Shown here piece after piece: positions 45,601 through 58,400 of a stretch of DNA of 64,000 nt. This DNA comes from the human T2T-CHM13v2.0 reference genome, Homo sapiens, in the NCBI RefSeq assembly GCF_009914755.1, contig NC_060943.1; one strand, written 5' to 3'. The notes beneath the pieces were generated by a model. The model made no database searches and was not told the origin of the DNA. It saw only the letters and a program-made list of their open reading frames with translations. Every line of letters begins with the position of its first letter. Position 1 is the first letter of the stretch. A program made the translations under genes and the position numbers.

Positions 45601-48600
45601 CTTCAGAGAAAAACTGGAAGGAAACATTCTGAGAAACTGCTTTGTGATGTGTGCATTCATGTTACAGGGTTAAAACTTCCTTTTTATTGAGCAGTTTGGA
45701 AACACTGGTAGAATCTGTGAAGAGTTATTTGGGAGCTCTTTGAGGCCTATGGTGAAAAAGGAAATATCTTCAGATACAAACTAGAAAGAAGCTTTCTTTG
45801 AAACTTCTTTGTGATGAGTGCATTCATCTCACAGAGGTAAAACTTTCTTTTGATTGAGCAGTTTGGCAACACTGATTTTGTAAAATATGAGAAGTGATAT
45901 CTGGGAGTGGTTTGAGGTCTATGGTGAAAAAGGAAATATCGTCAGATAAAAACTAGAAAGAAGCTTTCTGGGAATCTGCTTTGTGATGTGTACATTCATC
46001 TCACAGAGTTAAACCTTTCTTTTGATTGATCATTTCAGAAACTGCTTTTGTAGAATCTGTGAAGGGATATTTGGGAGCATTTTGAGGCCTATGCTGAAAA
46101 AGGAAATATCTTCAGATGAAAACTACAAAGAATGTTTCTGAGAAACTGCTTTGCAATGAGTTCATTCGTCTCACAGAGTTAAACATTTCTTTTCATTAAG
46201 CAGTTTGGCAACACTATTTTTTGTAGAATCTGCAAGGTCTATGGAGAAAAAGAAAATATCTTGAGAAAAAACTAGAAAGAAGCTTTCTGAGAAACTGCTC
46301 TGTGATGAGTTCATTCATCACAGAGAGTTAAGCCTTTCTCTTGATTAAACAGTTTGGACACACTGTTTTTGTAGAATCTGTGAAGGATTATTTTGTATTG
46401 CCTTGAGGCCTGCGGTGTAAATTGAAATATCTTTAGATAAAAACTAGAAAGAAGCTTTCTCAGAAACTGCTTGGTTATGTGTGCATTCATTTAACATAGA
46501 TAAACTTTTTTTGATTGAGCAGTTTGGCAACACTATTTTTGTGGAATCTGCAAAGGGATATTTGGGAGTGCTTTGAGGCCTATGGTGAAAAAGGAAGTAT
46601 CTTCAGACAAAAACTGCAAAGAAGCTTTCTGAGAAACTGCGTTGAGATGTGTGCATTCTTCTCACAGAGGTTTTTTGTTTGTTTTTTTGTTTGTTTGTTG
46701 ACCAGTCTTGAAACACTGATTTGTAGAATCTGCATAGAGATATTTGGGAGCAGATTGAGGCCTATGGTGAAAAAATAAATATCTTTACATAAAAACTAGA
46801 AAGAAGCTTTCTAACAAACCACTTTGTGATGTGTGCATTCTTCACACAAAGTTAAAACTTTCTTTTGATTGAACAGTCTGGAAACAGTCTTTTTGTAGAA
46901 TCTACGAAGTGATATATAGGAGTGGATGAGGCCTGCAGTGAGAAAGGAAATGTCTTCAGAGAAAAACTAGAAAGAAGCATTCTGAGCAACTTCTTTGTGA
47001 TTTCTGCATTCATCTCCCAGAGTTAAATCTTTCTTTTGATTGCACAGTTTGGAAACACTGTTTTGGTAGAATCTGTGAAAGGAAATTTGGGAGTGCATTG
47101 AGGCCAATGAGAAAAAGGAAATATCTTCAGATAAAAGCTACAAAGAAGCTTTCTGAGAAACTGCCTTGTGATTAGTGCATTCGTTTCAAAGGTTTAAACC
47201 TTTCTTTTGATTGAGCAGTTTGGCAACACTCTTTTTGTGGAATCTGAGAAGGGATATTTGGGAGTGTTTCAAGATCTAGGGTGAAAAAGGAAATATCATC
47301 AGATAAAAAGTACAAGGAGTTTTCTGGGAAACTGCTTTGTGATGTGTGCATTCATCTCACACAGTTAAACCTTTTTTTGATTGAGCAGTTTGGAAACACT
47401 GTTTCTGTAAAATTCTCCAAGGGATATTTGGGAGGGCTTTGAGTCCTATGGTGAAAAAGGAAATATCCTTAGATACAATCTAGAAAGATTTCTGAGAAAC
47501 AGCTTTGTGATGTGTGATTTTGTCTAACAGACTAAATCCTTTCTTTTGGTTGATCAGTTTGAAAACTGTTTTTCTACAATCTGTGAATGCATATTTTGGA
47601 GTGCATTGATGCCTATGGTGAAAAAGGAAATATCTTTACATAAAAAACTATAAAGAAATTTCTGAAAAACAGCTTTGTGATGTGCATATTCATTTCTCAG
47701 AGTTAAAACTTTCTTTTGATTGAGGAATTTGTAAACACTGTTTTTGTATAACCTGCGAAGGGCTGTTAGGGAGAGCATTGAGGCCTATGGTGAAAAAGAA
47801 AATATCTTCAGATAAATATTGAAAAGAAGCTTCCAAAGAAACTGCTTTGTGATGTTTGCATTCATCTCACGGAGTTAAAGCTTTATTTTGATTGACCAGT
47901 TTGGAAACACTGATTTTGTATTATCTTTGAAGGCATATTTGGGAGTGCATTGTGGAGTATGGAGAAGAAGAAAATATCTTCAGAAGAAAACCAGAAAGAA
48001 GCTTTCTGAGAAACTGCATTGTTATGTGTGCATTCATCTCACAGAGTTAAAACTTTCTTTTGATTGAGCAGGTTGGAAACCCTGTTGTTGGAGAATCTGT
48101 GTTGGGATATTAGGGAGTGCCGTGAAGCCTATGGTGGAAAAGGAAATATCTCCAGATAAAAACTAGAAAGAAGCTTTTTGAAACACTGATTTGTGATGTG
48201 TGCATTCATCTCACAGAGATAATCCTTTCATTTCATTGAGCAGTTTGGAAAGACTGTATTTGTAGAATCTGCAAAGGCATATTTGGGAGCACACTGAGGC
48301 TTACAGAGAAAAAGGATACACCTTCTGATAAATCTAGAAATACGCTTTGTGAGAAACTGCTTTGTGATTGGGGCATTCATCTCACAGAGTTAAACCTTTC
48401 TTCTCATTGAGAAGTTTGGAAACACTGTTTTTGTGGAAACTGTGAAGGAGTATTTGGGACTGATTTGAGGCCTATAGCAAAAAAGGAAATATCTTGAGAT
48501 AAATTTAGAGAGAAGATTTGTGAGAAACTGCTTTGTGGTGGGTGCATTCATCTCACATATTTGAATCTTTCTATTGATTGAGCAGTTTGGAAACACTCTT

Positions 48601-51600
48601 TTTGTAGATTCTGCAAAGGTATATTTGGGAATGCCTTGAGGCCTATGGTGAAAAAGGAAATACCTTCAGATGAAAACTAGAAAGATTCCTGAGAAACAGC
48701 TTTGGGATGTGCTCATTCTTCTAATGGAGTTAATACTGTCTTTTGATAGCGCTGCTTGGAAACACTGTTTTTGCAGAATCTGTCATGGGATATATGGGAG
48801 CACATCGAGGCCTAAGGTGAAAAAGGAAATATCTTCACATAAAAACTAGAAAGAAGCTTTCTCAGAAACCGTTCTGTGGTGTCTGCATTCATCTCACAGA
48901 TTTATAGTATGTTATTTTATTGACCAGTATGGAAACTGATTTTGTAGAATTTGTGAAGGGATATTTGGGAGCACATTGAGGTCTATGGTGAAAAAGGAAA
49001 TATCTTCATATGAAAACTAGAAAGAAGCTTTCTGAGGAACTGCTTTGTGATAAGTGCATTCATCTCAGATATTCCAACTTTTCTTTAGATTGACCAGTTT
49101 GGAAACACAGTTTTTGTAGAATCTGCGAAGGGACATTTTGGAGCCCATGGATGCCTAGGCTGAAAAACTAAATATCTTCAGATAAATACTAGAAAGAAGC
49201 TTTCTCAGAAACTGTTTTGTGATGTGTGCATTCTTCTCAGAGAGTTAAACCTTTCTTTAGATTGAGCACTTTGGAAGTACGGTTTTTGCAGAATCTGTGA
49301 AGGGCTAAATGGGAGTGCATTGAGGCCTATTGTGGAAATGGAAATATTTAAAGTGAAAAACTAGAAAGAGGCTTTCTGAGAAAATGCTTTGTGATGTGTG
49401 CATTCTTCTCGCAGAGTTAAGCCTTTGTTTTGATTGTGCAGTTTGGCAACGCTGTTATTGTGGAAACTAAGAAGGGATATCTGGGAACACTTTAAGAACT
49501 AAGGTGAAAACTGAAATATCTTCAGATAAAAAGGATAAAGAAGTTTAATGCAAAACTGATTTCTGATGTAGGCATTCATCTCACAGAGTTAAACTTATTT
49601 TTAATTGAGCCATTTGGAAACACTGTTTTTGTAGAATCTGTGAAGATATATTTGGGAGTGCTTTGAGGCCTATGGTGAAAAAGGAAATATCTTCAGATAA
49701 AAAGTAGAAAGAAGCTCTTTGAGAAACTGCTTGTGATGAGTTCATTAACCTCACAGAGTTAAAACTTTCTTTTGATTGAGTAGTTTGGAAACACTGTTTT
49801 TGTAGAATCTGTAGAATCCTCGAATGGATATTTGGGAGCATTTAGAGGCCTTTGGTGAAAAAGGAAATATTTTTGAGAAAGACTAGAAAGAAACTTTCTG
49901 AGAAACTGCTTTGTGATGTGTGCATTCACCTCACAGAGTTAAACTTATCTTTGCATGAGCAGTTTGGAATCACTGTTTTGGTAGGATCTGTGAATGGATA
50001 TTTCAGAGCACTTACAGGCCTATGATAAAAAAAAGGAAGTATCTTCAGATAAAAACTAGAAAGAAGGTTTCTGAAAAACTGCTTTGTGATGAGCACATTC
50101 ATATCACAGAGTTAAACCTTTCTTTTGATTCAGCAGGTTGACACAGAGTTTTTGTAGAACCTGACAAGGGATATTTAGCAGTGCTTTGAGGCCTATTGTG
50201 AAAAATGAAATATCTTCTGATAGAAACTAGAAAGAAGCTTTCTGGGAAACTGCCTTGTGATGTGTGCATTCATCTCACAAAGTTAAACCTTTCTTTTGAT
50301 TGAGCAGTGCAGAAACACTGTTTTGGTAGAATCTGTGAAGAGATATTTTGGGACATACTTGGGTATATGTTTAAAAAGGAAATGTCTTCAGATAAAAACT
50401 GGAAAGAAGCTTTCTAAGAAACTGCTTTGCAATAAGTGCATTCATCTCATGGAGTTAAAAACTTCTTTTCATTGAGCAGTTTGGGAACAGAGTTTTTGTA
50501 GAATCTGAGAAGGGATATTTGGTAATGCTTTGAGGCCTATGGCAAAAATCAAAATATCCTCAGTTAAAAACTAGAAAGAAATTTTCTGAGAAACTGAATT
50601 GTGATGAGTGCATTCGTCTCAAAGAGTTAAACCCTTCTTGTGATTGAGCAGTTGGAAACACTCTTTTGGTAAAATCTGCAAAGGGATATTTGGGAATGCT
50701 TTGAGGCCTATGGTGAAAAAGGAAATAGCTTCAGAAAAACACTAAAAAGAAGGTTTCTCAGAAACTGCTTTGCTTTGTATGCATATTTCTCACCGAGTTA
50801 AACCTTTGTATTGATTGGCCAGTTTGGAAACACTGTTTTTGTAGAATATGCAAAGGAATATATGGGAGCCCTTGAGGCCTATTGTGAAAAAGGAAATATC
50901 TTCATGGAAAAACTGGAAGGAAGCCTTCTGAGAAACTGCGTTGTGATGTGTGCATTCAGCTCACAGAGTTAAACCTTTCTTTTGATTGACCAGGTTGGAA
51001 ACACTCTTCTGGTATAATCTGTGAAGGGATAATTGGGAGCATATTTTCATCTATGGTGAAAAAGGAATTATCTTCAGAGAAAAACTAGAAAGAAGTTTCC
51101 TGAGAAACTGCTTTTTGATGAGTGTATTAATTTCACAGGGTGAAACCTTTCTTTTGATTGAGCAGTTTGGAAACAATGTTTTATTAGAATCTGAGAAAAG
51201 ATATTTGGGAGCGCTTTGAGTCCTATGGTGAAAAAAGAAATATCTGCAGATAAAAATATAAAGAAGATTTTGGGAAACTGCTTTGTGATGTGTGCATTCA
51301 TCTCACAGAGTTAAACCTTTCTTTTGATAGAGCAGTTCGGAAACACTGTTTATGGAGAATCTGTAAAGGGATATTTAGGCATGCATTGAGGCTTATGTTG
51401 AACAAGGAAATATCTTCAGAGAATTACTAGAAAGAAACTTTCTCTAAAACCACTTGTGAGATGGGTATTCTTCTCACAGAGATAAACCTTTCTTATGACT
51501 GAGTAGTTTGGAAACACTGTTTTTGTAAAATCTGTGAAGGGATATTTGGGAGTGCATTGAGGCCTATGTTGAAAAAGGAAATATCTTCAGAGAAAAACAA

Positions 51601-51679
51601 GAAAAAAGCTTTTTGGGAAAATGCTTTGTGATTTGTGTATTCATCTCACAGAGTTAAATCTTTCTGTTTATTGAGCTGT
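39696..51679 (+). repeat. Alpha satellite, class A (second block)
   Basis: Abrupt return to GTGCATTC / TTGAGCAGTTTGG / AAGGAAATATCTTCAG / GCTTTCTGAG. Confidence 0.95.
46670..46700 (+). repeat. Short (TTTG)n-like simple repeat within a monomer
   Basis: gttttttgtttgtttttttgtttgtttgttg replaces the usual ttaaacctttcttttgattg. Confidence 0.7.
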
Positions 51680-52228
51680 GGTTGAAAACACTCTTTTAGT
51701 AGAATCTGAGAAGGGACCTTAGGGAGCCCATTGAGGCCTTTGGTGAAAAACCAAATATCCCAAGATAAAAATTATAAAGAAGCTATCTGTGAAATTACTA
51801 TGTGATGTATGGATTCATCTCACAGTTTTAAAACTTTCTTCTGATTTAATGGGCTGGAAACCCTATTTTTGTAGAATCTGTGAAGGGAAATTTGAAATCC
51901 CTTTGAGGGCTTATGAAAAACAAAATATCCCCAGATAAAAACAAGAAAGAAGCTATCTGTGAAACTAACTTGTGATGCGTGGATTCGTCTCACAGAGTTA
52001 AACCTTTCTTTTGATTCAGCAATTTGCAGACACTCCTTTTTGGAATCTGTGAAGGAATATTTGGGAGCCCATTTCAGCTTATGGTGAAATATCAAATATC
52101 CCCAGATAAAAACTAGAAAGAAGCTAACTGTGAGACTTCTTTGTGATATAGGATTCATGTCACAAGGTTAAAACTTTGTTTTGACTTAGCGAGTTGGAAA
52201 TATTTTTTGACAAAATCTGTTGAGGTAC
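51680..52228 (+). repeat. Alpha satellite, class B
   Basis: About 3 monomers with GGATTC / AATATCCCCAG / GCTATCTGTG. Confidence 0.88.
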
Positions 52229-52465
52229 TTGGAAACAGTGCTTTTGTAGAAACAGTGAATGGATATTTGGGACTGCTTTAAGGCCTATGGTGAAAGAGGA
52301 AATGCCTTCAGAGAAAAACTCAAATTAAGCTTTCTGAGAGACTGCTTTGTGATACATGCATTCATCTCATGGAGTTAAACATTTATTTTGATTGAGCAGT
52401 TTGGAAACACTGTTGTGGTAGAATCTGTGAAGAGATATTTGGGAGCACTTTGAGGCCTATGGTGA
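52229..52465 (+). repeat. Alpha satellite, ~1.4-monomer class A island
   Basis: ggatatttggg, gaggaaatgccttcagag, gctttctgag, tgcattc and attgagcagtttgg. The left junction is out of register. Confidence 0.8.
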
Positions 52466-55400
52466 AAAACTCAATAACTCCAGATAAAAACTAGAAAGAA
52501 CTATCTGTTTAACTTATTTGTAATGTCTGGATTTATCTCACAGAGGTAAACCTTTATATTGATTCAGCAAGTTGAAATCACTCTTTTGATAGAATCTGCC
52601 AAGGGACATTTCAGATCCTTTAGAGGCCTATAGTGAAAAACTGAATATACCTTGATAAAAACTAGAAAGAAGCTATCTGTGAAACTTCATTGCAAAGTGT
52701 GGATTCATGTCAGAGTTAAATATTTCTTTTCATTCATCAGGTGGGAAACACTCGTTTTGTAGATTCTGTGAAGATACATTTTGGAGCCCATTGAGTCCTA
52801 TGGTGAACAACCCAATATTTCCAGATAAAAACCAGAAGGAAGCTATCTGTGAAACTGCTTTAAGACACGTGATTCATCTCAAAGAATTAAACTTTATTTT
52901 TGATTCAATAGGTTGGAGACACTCATTTTGTAGAATTGGAGACATGATATTTTGGATCCCATTGTGGCCTATGGTCGCAAACCCAATATCCCAAGATAAA
53001 AACTAAAAAGGAGCTGTGAGTGAAACTGCTTTATGATATTTGGATTTATCTCACAGAGTTAAACTGTTCTTCTGATTCAGCAGGTTGTGAACACTCTTTT
53101 TGTAGAATCTGCATAGGGACCTATCACAGCCCATTGAATACTATGGTGAAGAAATGGATAACCCCAGATAAAAACCAGAAAGAAGCTATTTCTGAAAGTG
53201 CATTGTGATTCTTGCATTTATCTCACAGTGTTAAATCTTTCTATTGATTCAGCAGGATGGAAACACTCTTTAGATAAAATGTGCAAATGAACATTTATAA
53301 ACTCATAGAGGCCTGTGGTGAAAAACAGAATATCCCCACATAAAAACTATCAAAAACTATCTGTGAAACTGCTTTGTTAAGTGTGGATTCAGCTCAAAGG
53401 GTTAAACCTTTCTATTGATTCAGCAGGTTGCACACGCTCTTTTGCTAGAATCTGCAAAGGGACATTTTTGAGCCCATTGTAGCACACTGTGAAAATGGAA
53501 TATTCAAATATAAAAACTGGAAAGAAGTTTTTAGTGAAACTTCTTGGTGATGTGTGGATGCTACTCACAGAGTTTAACTTTTCTATTGATTCAGCAGTTT
53601 GGAAACACTCTTTTGGTAAAAGCAGAAAATGGACATGTGGGAGAACTTTGAGACCTATGGTAAAAAAAAAAAATATTTCCAGATAAAAATTATAAAGAAG
53701 CTATCTGTGAAACTGCTCTATGATGTGTGGATTCATCTCACAGAGTTAAACATTTCTTTTGATTCGGCAGGTTGGAAACACTTTCTTGGCAGAATCTGCA
53801 AAGGGAGATTTAGAAGATTTTTGAGGCCTATGGTGAAAAACAGAATATCCACAGATAAAAACTACAAAGTAGCTATCTGTGAAACTGCTTTGTGGTGTGT
53901 GGACTCATCTCCCAGAGATAAGCCTTTCCTTTGATTCAGCACTTTGGAAACACTCGTTTTGTAGAACCTGAGAAGGGACATTTTGAAGCCGACTGAGCAT
54001 TGGAAGCTTTTTGAGGCCTATGGTTGAAAACAGCATATCCACAGATAAAAACTACAAAGTAGCTATCTGTGTAACTACTTTGTTATGTGTGGATTCATCT
54101 CACAGAGTTAAACTTTTCTTTTGTTTCAGCAGGCTGCAAATATTTATGTTTTGTAATCTGCATAGTGACATTTGGGAGCCCATAAAAGCCTATGGTGAAA
54201 AATCAAATATCCCCAGATAAAAATCAGAAAGAAGCTCTCTTTGAAACTGCTTTGTGATGTGTAGATTCATCTCAAAGACTTCAACCTTTCTTTTGACTCA
54301 GCATGTTGGAAAGACTCTTTTGGTAGAATCTGTGAAAGGAGATTTGTGAGCCCACTGTAGTCTATGGAAAAAAAACAAATATTTCAAGGTAAAAACTAGA
54401 AATAATCTATCAATGAATCTGCTTTGTGATACATGGATTCATATCACAGAGTTAAAACTTTCTTTTGATTTAGCAGGTTGGAAAATCCTCTTTGTAGAAT
54501 CTTCGAAGTTACATTTTAGAGATCTTTGAGGCCTATAATGAAAAACCGAAAATCCCTAGATAAAAACTAGAAGGAAGTTCTTTGTGAAACTGTTTGGGAT
54601 GTGTTTATTCATCTAACAGAATTAAACCTTTCTGTCAATATAGCATGTTTGAATCACATTTAAGGTAGTTTCTGTGAAGGGACTTTTCAAAGCCCTTACA
54701 GGCCTATGGTGAAAAACAGAATATCTGCAAACAAAAAGTAGAGAAAAGCTAAATATGTAACTGCTTTTGATGTATGGATTCATCTCACAGAGTTAAACCT
54801 TTCTTTTATTGTAACAGGTTGGAAACACTCTTTTGTTGGAATCTGTGAAGGGAAGTTTGGGAACCCATCAAGGCCTAAGGTGAAAAACAGAATATCCCCA
54901 GATAAAAACTAGAAAAAACTCTCTGTGAAGCTACTTAGTCATATGTGGATTCATCTCAAAGGGTTAAACTTGTTTTCAATTCAAGGGGTTAGAAACACTC
55001 TTTTTCTAGAATCTGCAAAGGCACATTTGTGAGCCCACTGTAGTCTATGGGGACAAACAGAATATCCTATGATCAAAACTAGAAAGAGGCTATGTGTGAA
55101 ACTCCCTTGTGATGTGTGGATTCATCCCAAAGAGGTAAACGTTTCTTTTAATGCAAGCTGTACTTTTGCAGAGTCTGAGAAGGGACATTTGAAAGCCCTT
55201 TGGGTTCTTTGGTGAGAAACCAAATGTCCACAGATAAAAAGTAGGAAGAAACTATCTGTTAAACTGCTTTTTGATATGTGGTTTCATCTCACAGTGTTGA
55301 ACCTTTCTTTTTACTCAGCAATTTGGGGACAGTCGTTGGTTAGAATGTATGAGGAAATATTTGGGAGCTTTTTGAGGCCTATGGTGAAAAACCGAATATC

Positions 55401-58400
55401 CCCAGATAAAGCCTAGAAAAAAGCTGTCTTTGAAACTGCTTTGTGATGTGTGTATTCATCTTACAGAGTTAAATTTTTATTTTGATACAGCAGGTTTGAA
55501 ACTCTCTTTAGGTAGAATCTGTGAAGGGACATTTGGGAGCACTTTGAGCCCTATGGTGAAAAATAAAATAGCCCCAGATAAACACGAGAAAGAAGCTAAC
55601 TGTGAAACTGCTTTGTAATGTATGGATTCACCTCACTGAGTTGAACATTTCTTTTGATTCAGCAGGTTGGAAACCCTCTTTTTGGAGATTCTGCAAAGGG
55701 ACATGTGTGAGCCCTTAGAAGCCTATTGTGAGAAACAGAATATCCACAGATAAAAACTAGAAATAAGGTATCAGTGAAACTGCTTTGTGATATGTGGATT
55801 CATCTCACAGAGGTAAGCCTTTCTTTTGATACAGCAGGTTTGAAAGACTTTTTTGGAAGAATCTGCAAAGGGACATATGGAAGCCCATAGAGGTTTCTGT
55901 TCAAAAACTGAATATCTTCACATAAATACTAGGAAGAAGCTATAAGAAGCTATTGGTGAAACCTCTTTGTGATGTGAAGATTCATCTCACAGAGTTAAAC
56001 ATTTCTTTTGATTCAGCAGCTTGGAAACACTCGTTCTGTAGAGCCTGCAGAGAGACATTTGGGGGCTCATAGAGACCTAAAGTGAAAAGCCCAATATCCC
56101 CAGATAAAGACTCGAAGGAATCTATCCGTGAAACTGCTTTGTGATGTGTGGATTCATCTCCCTGAGTTAAACCTATCTTTTGATTAAGCATGTTGGAATC
56201 ACTCTTTTGGTAGAATCTGCAAAGTAACATTTGGGCACCCTTTAAAGCCTACAGTGAAAAACCGAATATCTCCAAATAAAAACAAGAAAGAAGCTATCTG
56301 TGAAAGGGCTTTGTGATGTGTTGATTCATCTCACAGATTTCGACCTTACTTTTCATTCAGCATGTTTAGAACACTCTTTATGTAGAATCAACGATGGGAC
56401 ATTTGGCAGCGGTTTTTTGGCCTCTGGTGAATAACTGAATATTCCAAGATAAAAATTAGAAAGACTCTGTCTGTAAAACGGCTTTTTGATGTGTGGATTC
56501 ATCTCACAGAGTTAAACATTATTTTTGATTCAGTAGCTTGTAAACACTCATTAGGTAGAATCAGTGGAAAGACATTTGGGAGCCCATAGAGGCCTAAGGT
56601 GAAAAACTGAATATCCCCAGATAAAAACTAGAAAGAAGCTATCTCTGTAACTGTTTTGTTATGTGTGGATTCATGTCACAGAGCTAAACCTTTCTTTTGA
56701 TTCAGAAGGTTGCAAATACTTATGTTTCATAATCTGCATAGTGACATTTGGGAGCCCATTAAAGCCTACAGTGAAAAATCGAATATCCCCAGATAAAAAC
56801 CAGAAAGAAGCTATCTTTGAAACTGCTTTGTGATGTGTGGTTTCATCTCATAGTCTTAAACCTTACTTTTGACTCAGTATTTTGGAAACACTCTTTTGCT
56901 AGAATCCAGGAATGGAGATTTGTGAGCCTACTCTAGTTTATGGTAAAAATAAAAACAAACAAATATTTCAAGATAAAAACTAGAAAGCAGCTATCAGTGA
57001 ATCTGTTTTGTGATGCGTAGATTCATCTCACAGAGTTAAACCTTCCTTTTGATTTAGCAGTTTGGAAACACCTTTTTGTAGAATCTGTGAAGGGACATTT
57101 GAGAGAACTTTGACACCTATAAGGAAAAACAAAAATCCTCAGATAAAAACTAGAAGGAAGCTCTTTGTGAAACTGTTTTGGATGTGTTTATTCACCTAAC
57201 AGAGTTAAACCTTTCTGTCAATATAGCAGGTTTGAAACATTTTTTAGATAGAATCTGAAGAGCCCATAGAGGCCTATGGTGAAAAACAGAATATCCCCAG
57301 ATAGAAAGTAGAAAAAAGCTAAATATGTAACTGCTTTGTGATGTGTGTATTCATCTCACAGAGTTAAATCTTTCTTTTGACACAGCATATATGAAACACT
57401 CTTTAGATAGTATCTGCAAAGGGACATTTAAGAGCCCTTAGAGGCCTATGGTGAAAAACTCAAAAACTCTAGATAAAAACTAGAAAGAAGCTATCTGTTT
57501 AACTTATTTGTAATGTCTGGATTTATCTCACAGAGATAAGCATTTATATTGATTCAGCAAGTTGGAATCTCTCTTTTGGTAGAATCTGCCAAGGGACATT
57601 TGGAATCCCTTAAAAGTCTATTGTGAAAAACTGAATATACCTTGATAAAAACTAGAAAGAAGCTATCTGCAAAACTGCATGATAAAGTGTGGATTCATGT
57701 CAGAGAGTTCAACATTTATTTTGATTCATCACGTTGGAAACACTCGTTTTGTACACTCTGTTAAGAGACATTTTGGAGCCCATTTTGTCCTATGGTAAAC
57801 AACACAATATTTCCAAATAAACACCAGAAGAAAGCTATCTGTGAAAGTGGTTTGTGATGTGTGATTCATCTCACAGATTTAAACTTTTTTTTATTCAATA
57901 GGTTGGAGACACTCATTTTGTAGAATTGGCAATGGGATATTGTGGAGCCCAGTGAGGCCTATGGTGAACAATCCAATATTTCCAGATGAACACCAGAAAG
58001 AAGCTACCCGTGAAACTGCTTTGTGATGTGTGATTCATCTCACAGATTTAAACTTTTTTTTTGATTCAGTAGGATGGAGACACTCATTTTTTTGAATCAA
58101 CTATGGGATATTTTGGAGCCCATTGGGGCCTATGGTGAACAATCCAATATTTCCAGATGAAAACAAGAAGGAAGCTATCCATGAAACTGCTTTGTGATGT
58201 GCAATTCATCTCACAGATTTAAACTATTTCTTTATTCAGTAGGAAGGAGATATTCTTTTTTTTGAATTGACTATGGGATATTTTGGAGCCCATTGAGGAC
58301 TATGGTTGAAAAGAAAATATCCCAAGCTAAAAACTAAAAAGGAGCTATCTGTGAACCTGCTTTGATGTTTGGATTTATCTCACAGAGTTAAACCTTTCTT

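Noticed and set aside
49801-55953. Micro-duplications (tgtagaatc x2 at 49801, aagaagctat x2 at ~55934) and scattered internal deletions elsewhere (~2400, ~44585)
   Set aside because: These are ordinary neutral decay of old satellite.
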